From Escherichia phage JohannLBurckhardt, in sequence record MZ501085: DNA of 49,715 nucleotides. One strand, written 5' to 3'. Positions 1-9,335 of the stretch are shown piece after piece (within the stretch, counting starts at the first letter, position 1; each line of letters starts with the position of its first letter). The position numbers and the translations under genes are program-made. A model generated the notes under the pieces. That model saw nothing but the letters and a program-made list of their open reading frames with translations, was not told the DNA's origin and did no database searches.

Positions 1-531
1 ATGAGCAGAGAAGAAAAACAAAAGCCCTTCACGGCTTACAACTTCAAGAAGCTATATAACAAGCAATATGGCGACATTGCCACTCTAGGCAAGCAACACC
101 GATACACGCCGGAGCAGGTTTTTAATCTTGCGGTCAAATACTTTGAGTGGGCGGAGTCCAACGCACTAAAGGCGGCTGAATCTTCATCGTTCCAGGGTCG
201 CACTTACCAGGACGAGGTAAACAAGCCGCGCGTTTTCACGTTCAACGGTCTGCGCCTGTTTTGCGGCTGGTCGCGCTGCGCTATGGAGAAGTGGAAGAAA
301 GAGCCTGGCTTCTCTGAGGTCATGGAGTTTATCGAATCCGTGATCTATGAGCAGAAATTCCAGCTTGCGGCTAACGGCGTGATTAACGCTGCATTCATCG
401 CCAAAGACTTGGGAGTTGACCAGCCGACGCAAATCAACGTTAGCGCAAACTCCGAGTCAAGCGCTGCAATCGCAGAGGTTGGGGCTGATGAAGTGCGCGA
501 GGCGGTTCGTGATATCCTGGCGGAGATCTGA
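1..531 (+). CDS. putative terminase small subunit
   Basis: 176-aa ORF ending 2 nt before the large-terminase ATG; size and position typical of TerS; its SD lies at the 3' end of the window (permuted record). Confidence 0.55.
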   Translation: MSREEKQKPFTAYNFKKLYNKQYGDIATLGKQHRYTPEQVFNLAVKYFEWAESNALKAAESSSFQGRTYQDEVNKPRVFTFNGLRLFCGWSRCAMEKWKKEPGFSEVMEFIESVIYEQKFQLAANGVINAAFIAKDLGVDQPTQINVSANSESSAAIAEVGADEVREAVRDILAEI

Positions 532-533
532 TT

Positions 534-2105
534 ATGCTGATATGGGAAGATTTAACAGTGGCGCAGAAACGCGCCATTAAAGAAATGAGTGAATACTCTT
601 TTGAGAAGATGATCCGAATCTGGTTCCAGTTGCTACAGGGTCAGAAATTCCTGGGTAACTGGCATTTCAGTTATTTGTGTCATGAGGTGGAGAAAATCAT
701 TTCCGGCGAGTCGCAGAACGTGATCTTTAATATCACTCCAGGCTCAGGCAAAACTGAGGTTTTCTCGATCCATATGTCGCCATATGCGTCACTGAAAAGC
801 AGGAAGGTGCGAAACCTTAACTTGTCATTCTCTGATGGACTTGTCCAGCAGAACAGCAACCGGATAAAAGAAATTATAGGCTCCCCAGAGTGGCAGGAGT
901 TATGGCCTGGAAAGCTGGCAAAAGCAAGCGCGAAAGATCTGATTGTTCAGGACGGTAACGGCAAGGTTAAATTGCAGGTCAACTCTCGCTCCATAGGCGG
1001 ACAGGTAACTGGTTTGCGTGGCGGCTATATGGATGATGGGTTTACCGGAATGTTGGTGCTTGACGATCCAGATAAACCTGACGACATGTTTTCAAAGGTG
1101 CGGCGCGAAGCGATTCACAACCGCTTAAAAAATACCGTCCGATCTCGTCGAATGAAGGACACAACGCCTATTGTGATGGTTCAGCAGCGGCTACACGTCA
1201 ACGATTCGACATGGTTTATGACTAGCGGCGGCATGGGTGGCATTGAGTTTAAAGTTGTAAGCATTCCGGCACTGGTCACGAAAGAGTATGGCGATTCACT
1301 CCCTGATTGGTTAAAGCCAGAGTTTGAGCGTGACGTGCTGAATAGCGAGCCAGTTTACATTGACGGCGTGGCGCACTACTCTTTCTGGCCTGCAAAGGAG
1401 AGTGCAAAGGACTTGCTCGCGCTACGCGAAGCTGATCCATATACTTTTGCGTCTCAGTACCAGCAGCAGCCAATAGCTCTGGGTGGCAACGTATTCAAGG
1501 TGGATTGGTTCCAGTTTTACGGCGACGGCGAGAAATGCACGCTACCGAAACCGGATCGCTTTGAATATACGTTTATCACTGGCGATACGGCGCAGAAAGC
1601 CGGAGAGCTTAACGACTACTCTGTTTTCTGTTATTGGGGAATGTTCAAGAATCGCGTTTACTTCATTGACGGCATCCGTGGAAAGTGGGAGGCTCCAGAT
1701 CTTGAAACCAATTTTAAGGCGTTTGTCAATCAGTGCTGGAAGCGTAATAAAGAGTGCGGAAGCTTGCGACGGATCCACATAGAGGACAAAGCGAGCGGTA
1801 CGGGGCTTATTCAGGGTGCGCAAAAGAGCTTGCCTATTGATATAAATCCCGTTCAGCGCAGCACGGACAAAGTTACCCGCGCAATGGATGCCGCGCCAGT
1901 TATGCGAGCCGGACGCGTTGCGCTGCCAGAGAGTCACCATATGTTAAACGAGATTCTCGCAGAGGTAGCGGCTTTCACTTTCGACGACTCGCACCCGAAC
2001 GACGATATCGTAGATAACATCGTTGATGCGGTTAACGTTGAAATGAACCTTGCAGACGATCCAGTGGCGCGAATGAAAAAGCTTGCTGGGCTACGGAAGA
2101 AATAG
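534..2105 (+). CDS. terminase large subunit
   Basis: 523 aa; N-terminal Walker A-like NITPGSGKT; follows TerS-like gene; acidic C-terminal nuclease-like half. Confidence 0.85.
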   Translation: MLIWEDLTVAQKRAIKEMSEYSFEKMIRIWFQLLQGQKFLGNWHFSYLCHEVEKIISGESQNVIFNITPGSGKTEVFSIHMSPYASLKSRKVRNLNLSFSDGLVQQNSNRIKEIIGSPEWQELWPGKLAKASAKDLIVQDGNGKVKLQVNSRSIGGQVTGLRGGYMDDGFTGMLVLDDPDKPDDMFSKVRREAIHNRLKNTVRSRRMKDTTPIVMVQQRLHVNDSTWFMTSGGMGGIEFKVVSIPALVTKEYGDSLPDWLKPEFERDVLNSEPVYIDGVAHYSFWPAKESAKDLLALREADPYTFASQYQQQPIALGGNVFKVDWFQFYGDGEKCTLPKPDRFEYTFITGDTAQKAGELNDYSVFCYWGMFKNRVYFIDGIRGKWEAPDLETNFKAFVNQCWKRNKECGSLRRIHIEDKASGTGLIQGAQKSLPIDINPVQRSTDKVTRAMDAAPVMRAGRVALPESHHMLNEILAEVAAFTFDDSHPNDDIVDNIVDAVNVEMNLADDPVARMKKLAGLRKK

Positions 2106-2132
2106 CACGAATTGCTAAAAGCGTGTACAATA

Positions 2133-2160
2133 AAGGCTGGACTTTTCCAGCCTTTATTAT
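2133..2160 (+). terminator. stem-loop with weak T tract after terL
   Basis: AAGGCTGGA-cttt-TCCAGCCTT followed by TATTATT. Confidence 0.45.
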
Positions 2161-2176
2161 TATGGGAGATCAGATA

Positions 2177-3451
2177 ATGACCGAGAAAACAAAACTCGTT
2201 AAGGCTGACGGCTACAACGAGATCTTTAAGGGAGAGCAGCGAGTAGAGACGCCATTTTATATGCAGGGCGGCGTTGCAAAACAAAGTCTTGCAACATTCT
2301 ACGAGCGTGACGGCATGGCGAAGCGAATCATCGACGTTATCCCGGAGGACATGGTTACGCCAGGCTTTAACGTTGACGGTGTGAAAGACGAGGCAGCATT
2401 CCGCTCTTTGTGGGATGAAAAGAAGCTAAACGCTAAAATCATTGACGCGCTTTGCTGGTCGCGCTTGTTTGGCGGCTCCGCCATTGTCGCAGTTATCAAC
2501 GATGGGCGCATGTTGAAATCTCCAGTTAAAGAAGGAGCGCCACTTGAAGATATTCGCGTTTATGACCGATTCCAGATCCGAGTTGAGAAGCGAGAAACAA
2601 ACGCGCGTAGCGTGCGCTACGGCGAGCCTGTTTTGTACACCATCATGCCAGGCGGCGAGATTCCAGAGTATCAGGTGCATTACACGCGAATCTGCATCAT
2701 TGACGGAGAGCGCTTGCCTAACGAGCAGCGCCGGAAAAATGATGGTTGGGGTGCGTCAGTCCTCAACAAGAAGCTGATCGAAGCAATCCACGATTACAAC
2801 TATTGTGAGGAGTTAGCAACTCAGCTTTTGCGACGCAAGCAGCAAGCAGTTTGGAAAGCTAAAGGACTCGCGGATTTGTGCGACGATGAAGAAGGTGTGT
2901 CGGCGGCGCGGCTGCGATTGGCTCAAGTTGACGACGAGGGCGGCGTTGGTCGGGCAATCGGCATTGACGCAACGGACGAGGAATATGAGGTGCTTAACTC
3001 TGATATTTCCGGCGTAGACGCTTTCCTTGAGAAGAAAATGGATCGCATCGTTTCGCTTACTGGCATCCATGAAATCATCTTGAAGAACAAAAACACCGGA
3101 GGCGTTAGCGCAAGCCAAAACACCGCGCTTGATACATATCACAAGCTAATTGAGCGCAAGCGCAAAGAGGACTACAAGCCGATCCTGGAGTTCCTCTTGC
3201 CATTCATGATCGCAGAGCAAGAATGGTCTATTTCGTTTGATCCGCTTTCGGTTCCAAGCAGCAAAGACCAGGCCGAGATCTTGAATAAAAACATTGACTC
3301 GATCAGTAAGGCGATTGAAGGTCAGTTTATGGATGTTGAGGAAGGACGCGACACATTGCGCTCTATTGCTCCGTCTCTTAAACTGAAAGACGGAAACAAA
3401 ATCAAGCTACCGGAGCCGGAATCTGAGCCGGAGCCAGGAACGGAGGTATAA
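2177..3451 (+). CDS. portal protein
   Basis: 424 aa directly after terL; ATG 2177 chosen (GGAG 9 nt upstream); the GTG 2123 start of the track ORF would contain the hairpin 2133-2160. Confidence 0.75.
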   Translation: MTEKTKLVKADGYNEIFKGEQRVETPFYMQGGVAKQSLATFYERDGMAKRIIDVIPEDMVTPGFNVDGVKDEAAFRSLWDEKKLNAKIIDALCWSRLFGGSAIVAVINDGRMLKSPVKEGAPLEDIRVYDRFQIRVEKRETNARSVRYGEPVLYTIMPGGEIPEYQVHYTRICIIDGERLPNEQRRKNDGWGASVLNKKLIEAIHDYNYCEELATQLLRRKQQAVWKAKGLADLCDDEEGVSAARLRLAQVDDEGGVGRAIGIDATDEEYEVLNSDISGVDAFLEKKMDRIVSLTGIHEIILKNKNTGGVSASQNTALDTYHKLIERKRKEDYKPILEFLLPFMIAEQEWSISFDPLSVPSSKDQAEILNKNIDSISKAIEGQFMDVEEGRDTLRSIAPSLKLKDGNKIKLPEPESEPEPGTEV

Positions 3452-3454
3452 TCC

Positions 3455-4204
3455 ATGAAGGTAAAAGGAATCGTTAAACAGTGGCGATTCCCAGAAGCCA
3501 GCGAGCGGCAATTAAGCCGCTCCATTAAAGAGGCTGTAAGGGATCTTGTTGTGTTTATGCGCAGTAAAACAAAGGCGATGAAGTTTGACGCTACAGATCA
3601 GGAGATCAGCAGCGCAGAGGACGAAGTAAAGGAGTTCGCAAAAGATCTTGCGCTCTCCCTGATTGGTCTACTTCCCGCGCTCGCGTCGGCTGTTTACAAG
3701 TTCAACTCAAAACAGTGGGTTAATGTTGCGAAGTCAACCGGAGGGGCTAACAATCCAGTTATCATCCTGCTAATCGCAGTCGGAGCCAATCAGGGCGAGG
3801 ATTGGTATAAAACGCTTTACGGCGAGTGGTACAACATGAGCGCTGCCTCGTTTGACAAGCTTTTCACCAACATAATTAACGACTGGTCTGCTAACATACG
3901 CCAGGCCAATTTTACCGGAAAGAAAGCGGAGCAGGTGAACGAGATCGCGGAGCGTCGTTTCATGGTCTACTCGTCTTGGGCTGGCAACCGCGCAACCGGA
4001 ATCATTGGATCGTGGAATAGCCGACTCATGCGCCAGAGGTTGCTAGATGCTGGGGTGAATTCTTATTACTGGCATGGTATGCTAGACGAGCGCGAGCGAC
4101 TCAAGCACTTACAATGGGAGGGAAAGGAGATCTGGATTGACGAGATTCACCCGTTCCCTGGTGAGGAGTACGGTTGCAGATGTTGGGCGATTCCAAAATG
4201 GTAG
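3455..4204 (+). CDS. head morphogenesis protein (Mu F / SPP1 gp7-like)
   Basis: C-terminal IHP..GCRCW resembles the conserved H-x-C-R-C end of Mu F-family minor head proteins; follows portal. Confidence 0.65.
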   Translation: MKVKGIVKQWRFPEASERQLSRSIKEAVRDLVVFMRSKTKAMKFDATDQEISSAEDEVKEFAKDLALSLIGLLPALASAVYKFNSKQWVNVAKSTGGANNPVIILLIAVGANQGEDWYKTLYGEWYNMSAASFDKLFTNIINDWSANIRQANFTGKKAEQVNEIAERRFMVYSSWAGNRATGIIGSWNSRLMRQRLLDAGVNSYYWHGMLDERERLKHLQWEGKEIWIDEIHPFPGEEYGCRCWAIPKW

Positions 4205-4215
4205 AGGAGAATTGA

Positions 4216-5331
4216 ATGAAAAAGGTACAGCGTTTTGATAGCGTTCAGGTGAAAGCAAAGATTGACGAGCACGGTTTTCTTGTAGACCGTCCGATTGTTG
4301 CTCGTATCGGCTTGCAGGTTTACAAAACACCGTTTGGGGAGCGCCGAGAGTTTCGCCCCGCCTCGGAGGTTTTTAAGGCTGACTCACTGGCTACGTTTTC
4401 AGGTAAGCCGATCACAATCGGGCACGTAACAGTTACGCCGGAGAATGCAAAAGAGGTTGTAGTTGGTGCGTGTGCTGGCGCTGGCGTGCCAAACGGGATC
4501 GGCGTTGAGGTTCCGTTGAGCATTTACGACAAGCGAGCCATTCAGAGCGCGAAGGAAAAACAGACGGCGGAGTTATCGGTTGGTTACACCTCCGTTGATA
4601 TTGATAAACCAGGTTGGGGTAATAATGCCACTGGTGAGTATTTCTTTGATGAAGATATGCCTGAGGGCTGGAAAGCTGACTCGGATGATTGGGTGCGATT
4701 CGATGCGGTTCAAACGAATATCAGCGTGAATCATATCGCTATGGTGTTCAAAGGCCGCGCAGGTATCGCAAAATTAAATCTTGATAGCGAGCAGGAATTC
4801 CCGTATCATGACGAGGAATTTTCAAACAAAGAGGATGAAGTTATGACCGTAAAAATCAAACTGGACGGCGCGGTAGAGTTTGACGTGCCAAAAGAGGTAG
4901 CAGCTCACATCAACGCGATCACCGCAAAAGCAGATGCAGCAACCGCAAAAGCTGACGGCCTGGAAGCGGAGCGTGATGCACTTCAAGCGAAAGTAGACGG
5001 CATTCCGGCACAAATCGAGGCTGCGGTTGCTAAGGCAAAAGCTGACGCAGAGGCGCACGCCGAACTGGTTGCGGTTGCTGGTGAGGCTGGCGTTAAGTGC
5101 GACGGCCTGGACGCAAAAGCGATCAAAGTTGCCTACGTCAAAGAGGTTACTGGCGCTGACATCGCAGAGAAAACCGACGCTTATATTGATGCGGCGTTTG
5201 ATCTGGCGAAAAACTCTGATAAAATGGCAGCACAGCGCAAAGCCATTAAAGGCGATGCAGAGAAGCAAGAGAAGCAAGACGGCGAAGATAAACCGCTGAA
5301 TCCTGCGGCTCGTTTGGCTAAAGTACAGTAA
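4216..5331 (+). CDS. putative scaffolding / prohead-associated protein
   Basis: 371 aa, acidic, Ala/Lys-rich coiled-coil-like C-terminal half; between head-morphogenesis and capsid genes. Confidence 0.45.
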   Translation: MKKVQRFDSVQVKAKIDEHGFLVDRPIVARIGLQVYKTPFGERREFRPASEVFKADSLATFSGKPITIGHVTVTPENAKEVVVGACAGAGVPNGIGVEVPLSIYDKRAIQSAKEKQTAELSVGYTSVDIDKPGWGNNATGEYFFDEDMPEGWKADSDDWVRFDAVQTNISVNHIAMVFKGRAGIAKLNLDSEQEFPYHDEEFSNKEDEVMTVKIKLDGAVEFDVPKEVAAHINAITAKADAATAKADGLEAERDALQAKVDGIPAQIEAAVAKAKADAEAHAELVAVAGEAGVKCDGLDAKAIKVAYVKEVTGADIAEKTDAYIDAAFDLAKNSDKMAAQRKAIKGDAEKQEKQDGEDKPLNPAARLAKVQ

Positions 5332-5343
5332 GGAGAAATAAAC

Positions 5344-5823
5344 ATGGCAATTCCAGCAACTTATCAAGCTACAATGGCACGCGCCCTGCCTGGCCAGGTA
5401 TCCGACACCTCAGCTTATAACATCGACGGCGCTTGCGTTCTTGACGGCAGCGCGAATGTGTTCGTTGGCGTAGCGGTTCAGAATGGCGGCGTTGATTCTA
5501 TGGGTAACAAGCTGATCAAGCCTATGGCATCCGGCGGCGCAGCTTACGGCGTGGCGATTCGTTCCCACTTCCAGACAACTTCCGCTGATGGTCGAATGGT
5601 TTACGTGCCTGGCGGCGGGATCAACGTAATGAACGAGGGTCGCGTTTGGATGCTGGCTGTAGATGGTCAGACTAAACAGCCATACGGCACTGCGATCAAG
5701 GTTGACGAATCTACTGGTAAAGTAGATACCACTTCCGGCACTGTAGAGCCGAACTGGATCGCCACTGGCGACTTCACTGAGTTTGACGGCCTCAAGCTGA
5801 TCGAGGTACAGGTTAAACCGTAA
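5344..5823 (+). CDS. putative head accessory/decoration protein, paralog 1
   Basis: 159 aa, strong RBS AAGGAGAAA; shares GRVWxxxxDG and W(I/V)xTGD(F/Y) segments with the next ORF. Confidence 0.4.
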   Translation: MAIPATYQATMARALPGQVSDTSAYNIDGACVLDGSANVFVGVAVQNGGVDSMGNKLIKPMASGGAAYGVAIRSHFQTTSADGRMVYVPGGGINVMNEGRVWMLAVDGQTKQPYGTAIKVDESTGKVDTTSGTVEPNWIATGDFTEFDGLKLIEVQVKP

Positions 5824-5830
5824 TAAACAG

Positions 5831-5854
5831 GGCGCTCATTGAGCGCCTTTTTTT
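5831..5854 (+). terminator. rho-independent terminator
   Basis: GGCGCTC-att-GAGCGCC followed by 7 T. Confidence 0.8.
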
Positions 5855-5867
5855 ATGGAGGTGTTAA

Positions 5868-6329
5868 ATGATTGATTACGGCGTCATTTCTGGATGCGCA
5901 AATCCTGGGTATCTCGTTGATTCTACGATAAGCGTGATAAACGGCGGCGGCGTTGTATATGGCGATGCTGTTTTCCCTGGGTTTGCCGTGTCTCACTACG
6001 GGATTATTGACGGCTGTCACACATACGGTCAATTTGATGGTGATCGAGCCGCTTGCGGGATTGTGATCGCAGGTAATGAAATTTGCGTTGAGGATGGAAT
6101 ACCTAACGGGGAAGCTTTGAGCGTTTTAGTTAAGGGCAGGGTTTGGGCTGTAATGCTTTCAGATGAAGGAGCGCCGAGAGAGGGCGATAGCGTCATGATC
6201 TCAGATGGTGGCGTGATAACTTCACTCGCTGAGCGGTTCATTCAAGCCCCTAGAGGCTGGGTATTTACAGGGGACTACGAGAAATTTTCTCATGATCTAT
6301 CACTAGTTGGCGTGTGGATTACCCAATAA
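5868..6329 (+). CDS. putative head accessory/decoration protein, paralog 2
   Basis: 153 aa; RBS GGAGGTG; paralogous to 5344..5823. Confidence 0.4.
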   Translation: MIDYGVISGCANPGYLVDSTISVINGGGVVYGDAVFPGFAVSHYGIIDGCHTYGQFDGDRAACGIVIAGNEICVEDGIPNGEALSVLVKGRVWAVMLSDEGAPREGDSVMISDGGVITSLAERFIQAPRGWVFTGDYEKFSHDLSLVGVWITQ

Positions 6330-6341
6330 CATAAAAACCTA

Positions 6342-6369
6342 TTGCACGTTTAACAAAAAGTGCTATCAT
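6342..6369 (+). promoter_or_regulatory. sigma70-like promoter with extended -10, containing a degenerate copy of the palindrome
   Basis: TTGCAC - 16 nt - TGcTATCAT; palindrome variant TAACA-aaaag-TGCTA at 6351-6365; upstream of capsid gene. Confidence 0.45.
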
Positions 6370-6410
6370 TGAGGCTGTTAATCGCTAACAGCCTTTAAGG
6401 AGAAAGAAAC

Positions 6411-7373
6411 ATGACTAAAAAGTATGACGAATTTGACGCTAGCGTAGTTACCGCTCACCTGCAAATGCAGGGCGTTAAGGCTGACGCTTCCGACATGGGT
6501 ATCTGGACTGCGCAGGAGCTTCACAAGATCCGCTCCTCTGCATACGAAAAAGAATACCCTGTAGGCTCCGCACTGCGTGTGTTCCCTGTCACCAACGAAC
6601 TGAGCGACACGGATAAGACTTTCGAATACCAGACTTTCGATAAAGTTGGCTACGCGAAAATCATCGCAGACTACACCGACGACCTGCCAACCGTTGACGC
6701 GCTGATGTCTACTGAGTTTGGTAAAGTGTTCCGCCTGGGTAACGCGTTCCTGATCTCCATTGACGAAATCAAAGCGGGTCAACGTACTGGTAAGAGCCTG
6801 AGCGCTCGCAAGGCAAACGCCGCGCAGAATGCTCACGATCAGCTTGTTAACTTCCTGGTGTTCAAGGGTTCCAAGCCGCACAAAATTCTGAGCGTGTTTG
6901 ATCACCCTAACCTCACCAAGATTGTTGCGGCTAAACAGTGGTACGACTCAAGCACTAAGACGAAAGAGCCAGAGCAAGCTTTCGACGATCTGACTGCGGC
7001 AATCGAAGCGCTGGAAACTCAGACCAACGGGCAGCACCGCGCCACCCACATTCTGATCCCGCCAAGCGTGCGCAAAGTCCTGACGGTTCGCATGGAAAAC
7101 ACCACTGAGAGCTACCTGGAATACTTCCAGAAGCAAAACGGCGGCATCACCATTGAAGCAATCGCAGAACTTGAAGATATCGACGGCTCCGGCGGCAAGG
7201 GCGTACTGGTATACGAAAAAGATCCAATGAATATGTCCATTGAGATCCCTGAGGCATTCAATATGCTGCCAGCGCAGCCTAAAGACCTGCATTTCAAAGT
7301 GCCTTGCACCTCCAAATGCACTGGCCTGACAATCTATCGCCCGTTAACTCTTGTGTTAATCACTGGCGTGTAA
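6411..7373 (+). CDS. major capsid protein
   Basis: 320 aa; strong RBS AGGAGAAAG; preceded by promoter and 5' hairpin, followed by terminator; position after scaffold. Confidence 0.7.
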   Translation: MTKKYDEFDASVVTAHLQMQGVKADASDMGIWTAQELHKIRSSAYEKEYPVGSALRVFPVTNELSDTDKTFEYQTFDKVGYAKIIADYTDDLPTVDALMSTEFGKVFRLGNAFLISIDEIKAGQRTGKSLSARKANAAQNAHDQLVNFLVFKGSKPHKILSVFDHPNLTKIVAAKQWYDSSTKTKEPEQAFDDLTAAIEALETQTNGQHRATHILIPPSVRKVLTVRMENTTESYLEYFQKQNGGITIEAIAELEDIDGSGGKGVLVYEKDPMNMSIEIPEAFNMLPAQPKDLHFKVPCTSKCTGLTIYRPLTLVLITGV

Positions 7374-7379
7374 TATCAT

Positions 7380-7408
7380 GGGAGCCTCTTTGGAGGTTCC
7401 CTTTTTTT
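7380..7408 (+). terminator. rho-independent terminator
   Basis: GGGAGCCTC-ttt-GAGGTTCCC (one mismatch) followed by 7 T. Confidence 0.7.
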
Positions 7409-7425
7409 ATTCAGGAGATAAAGTA

Positions 7426-7698
7426 ATGGCTAAAGAAAAAAATGTAACACTGGTAAACTCTGGCGTTTGCTCAATTTTCATCAAAGGTGATCGCTATGTT
7501 CCAGGTGATGAAATTGAAGTCCTTGAGTCGGATCTGGAAACTTCCGGCATTGAAATGTTGATCGCTCGCGGCGATCTGAAAGTTAAGAACGACGAAGAAA
7601 AGACCGAAGAAGTAAGGGAGCGCGTTACCAAGCGCAAGAAAACAAGCCCAACCGAGGGCAAGACGAAAAACGAGCTTGAGGACGGCGGCGAGTTTTAA
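7426..7698 (+). CDS. hypothetical small acidic/lysine-rich protein
   Basis: 90 aa from ATG 7426 (RBS CAGGAG); bracketed by two terminators. Confidence 0.5.
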   Translation: MAKEKNVTLVNSGVCSIFIKGDRYVPGDEIEVLESDLETSGIEMLIARGDLKVKNDEEKTEEVRERVTKRKKTSPTEGKTKNELEDGGEF

Positions 7699-7704
7699 TA
7701 ACAA

Positions 7705-7729
7705 GGGAGCCTATGCTCCCTTTTCTTTT
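7705..7729 (+). terminator. rho-independent terminator
   Basis: GGGAGC-ctat-GCTCCC followed by TTTTCTTTT. Confidence 0.75.
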
Positions 7730-7740
7730 AGGGGGAAATC

Positions 7741-8139
7741 ATGAATCAAGATGTTATTGACCAGATCGTAAAAATTGCGCCTCCTTTCGCTGGTGTTGAT
7801 CCGGCTTTACTCCAGGCGTGGATTGAGCTAGCAGAGGAGTTTGTTTGTAAGAAGCGTTTCAAGGACTCATACACCAAAGCGGTTGCGCTCTACACTTTGC
7901 ACCTCATGACGCTTGACGGAGCCATGAAGCAAGAAGGGGAAAGCGTAGAATCTTACTCTCAGCGCGTCGCGTCATTCTCCCTGACTGGTGAGTTTTCGCA
8001 GACGTTTGATCGCGTCTCCTCAGATTCCTCAGGCAAGGAGATCCGACAAACTCCGTGGGGGAAAATGTATGAGGCTTTAAACCGCAAGAGAGGCGGAGGG
8101 TTTGGGCTTGTAACTGGATTGCGTCGGAGGTCTTGCTGA
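7741..8139 (+). CDS. putative head-tail adaptor/connector protein
   Basis: 132 aa; function by position between capsid and tail genes only. Confidence 0.35.
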   Translation: MNQDVIDQIVKIAPPFAGVDPALLQAWIELAEEFVCKKRFKDSYTKAVALYTLHLMTLDGAMKQEGESVESYSQRVASFSLTGEFSQTFDRVSSDSSGKEIRQTPWGKMYEALNRKRGGGFGLVTGLRRRSC

Positions 8140-8510
8140 TGAATTACGCTAACATTGCACGAATGGCTAAATCTGGAATCGCGTTTTTCAGTGATCGCAA
8201 TGGGGTGTTTAAGCTTATCACTAGCGGAGGCGGCGTTGAGATTATCGGCGGTGTTGAGGTTGAAAAGCCTGAGCAATCAACCACCATCAAAGGGCTTATT
8301 CGAGCGCCGAAGATTCGAGAGGTTGACGGCGAAACAATCCGCGTAACGGATAAGCTCGGAGTTTTTGACGCAGACATTGAGATCAAAAATGGGAACCAGA
8401 TCGAGGTTGACGGCGAGCGGTATGTTGTCGTTGAGGCAAGACCAATCAGACCGACAGGGATCACGGTTGCTTATCGTCCGATACTGCGGAGGGTTGCGGT
8501 TCATGGCTAA
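8139..8510 (+). CDS. putative head closure / neck protein
   Basis: ATG 8139 overlaps upstream stop (TGATG), GGAGG 8 nt upstream; function by position. Confidence 0.35.
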   Translation: MNYANIARMAKSGIAFFSDRNGVFKLITSGGGVEIIGGVEVEKPEQSTTIKGLIRAPKIREVDGETIRVTDKLGVFDADIEIKNGNQIEVDGERYVVVEARPIRPTGITVAYRPILRRVAVHG

Positions 8511-8943
8511 CTACTCAATCCGAGAATTTCAGGGAAATATTGATAAGTGGATTAACTCAGTAGAGAGTGGGTTGACTGATTGCATTGAGATTTTCGGCGG
8601 AAAGGTTCAGGAGGCGCTCGTTAAGGGATCGCCAGTTGATACGGGAAGATTCCGAGGGAACTGGCAGGTAACAGCAAACGAGCCTCCGCTCTACGCGCTC
8701 AACCAGTACGACAAGGACGGAAACAAAACAATCGCATACGGAGAGCGAGCAATTCGCGCCATAATGCGTGGCGGCGGGGCGGTTCGTGCAATCTACTTTT
8801 CAAACATGCTTATCTACGCCAACGCGCTAGAGTACGGGCATTCAAAACAGGCTCCCGCTGGCGTTGTTGGCATCGTTGCAATTCGCTTGCGCTCATTCAT
8901 GGCGGAGGCGATCAGAGAGTCGAGGGCTAAAAATGGATTATGA
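8503..8943 (+). CDS. putative neck/tail component
   Basis: 146 aa from ATG 8503 overlapping the upstream stop; the longer track ORF from 8365 would overlap the previous gene out of frame. Confidence 0.4.
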   Translation: MANYSIREFQGNIDKWINSVESGLTDCIEIFGGKVQEALVKGSPVDTGRFRGNWQVTANEPPLYALNQYDKDGNKTIAYGERAIRAIMRGGGAVRAIYFSNMLIYANALEYGHSKQAPAGVVGIVAIRLRSFMAEAIRESRAKNGL

Positions 8944-9334
8944 TCTTATGCTGGCGGCACGCAAGGCATTCGCCGCCGAATACGAAAACAGATACGCAAT
9001 CGCTTATGAAAACGTTGAGTTTACGCCTCCTGGCGATGGCTCTATGTGGTTGGCGTTCCATTATATTGAGTCGGAGCCGTTGAGGTTGTCGCTTGATCGC
9101 AAATGCGTGTCGTATATGGGAATGGTGCAAATAAATGTCACGTTTGCACCTGGCACCGGAACGGATAAGCCGCGCAAGCTGGCAAAAGAGATTGCCGATT
9201 TTTTCAAAGATGGTAAAATGCTGGACGTGGGCTACATCTACGAGGGCGCTAGCGTCCGGTCAGTCCAAAAATCAGAAACAGGCTGGATTGTTCCGATCCG
9301 CTTTGTTGTAAGAGTTGATATAAAAGGAGAATAA
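8933..9334 (+). CDS. putative tail completion protein
   Basis: 133 aa from ATG 8933 (overlap with upstream gene); function by position before major tail gene. Confidence 0.35.
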   Translation: MDYDLMLAARKAFAAEYENRYAIAYENVEFTPPGDGSMWLAFHYIESEPLRLSLDRKCVSYMGMVQINVTFAPGTGTDKPRKLAKEIADFFKDGKMLDVGYIYEGASVRSVQKSETGWIVPIRFVVRVDIKGE

Positions 9335-9335
9335 C

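Noticed and set aside
2123-2176. GTG start at 2123 for the portal ORF and the 8365 start for ORF 8365..8943
   Set aside because: The 2123 start would place the terminator hairpin inside the CDS; the 8365 start overlaps the previous gene for 140 nt out of frame. Internal ATGs with SD chosen instead.
6378-6905. 175-aa - strand ORF
   Set aside because: Antisense to the major capsid gene; no RBS; the capsid gene has far better context.
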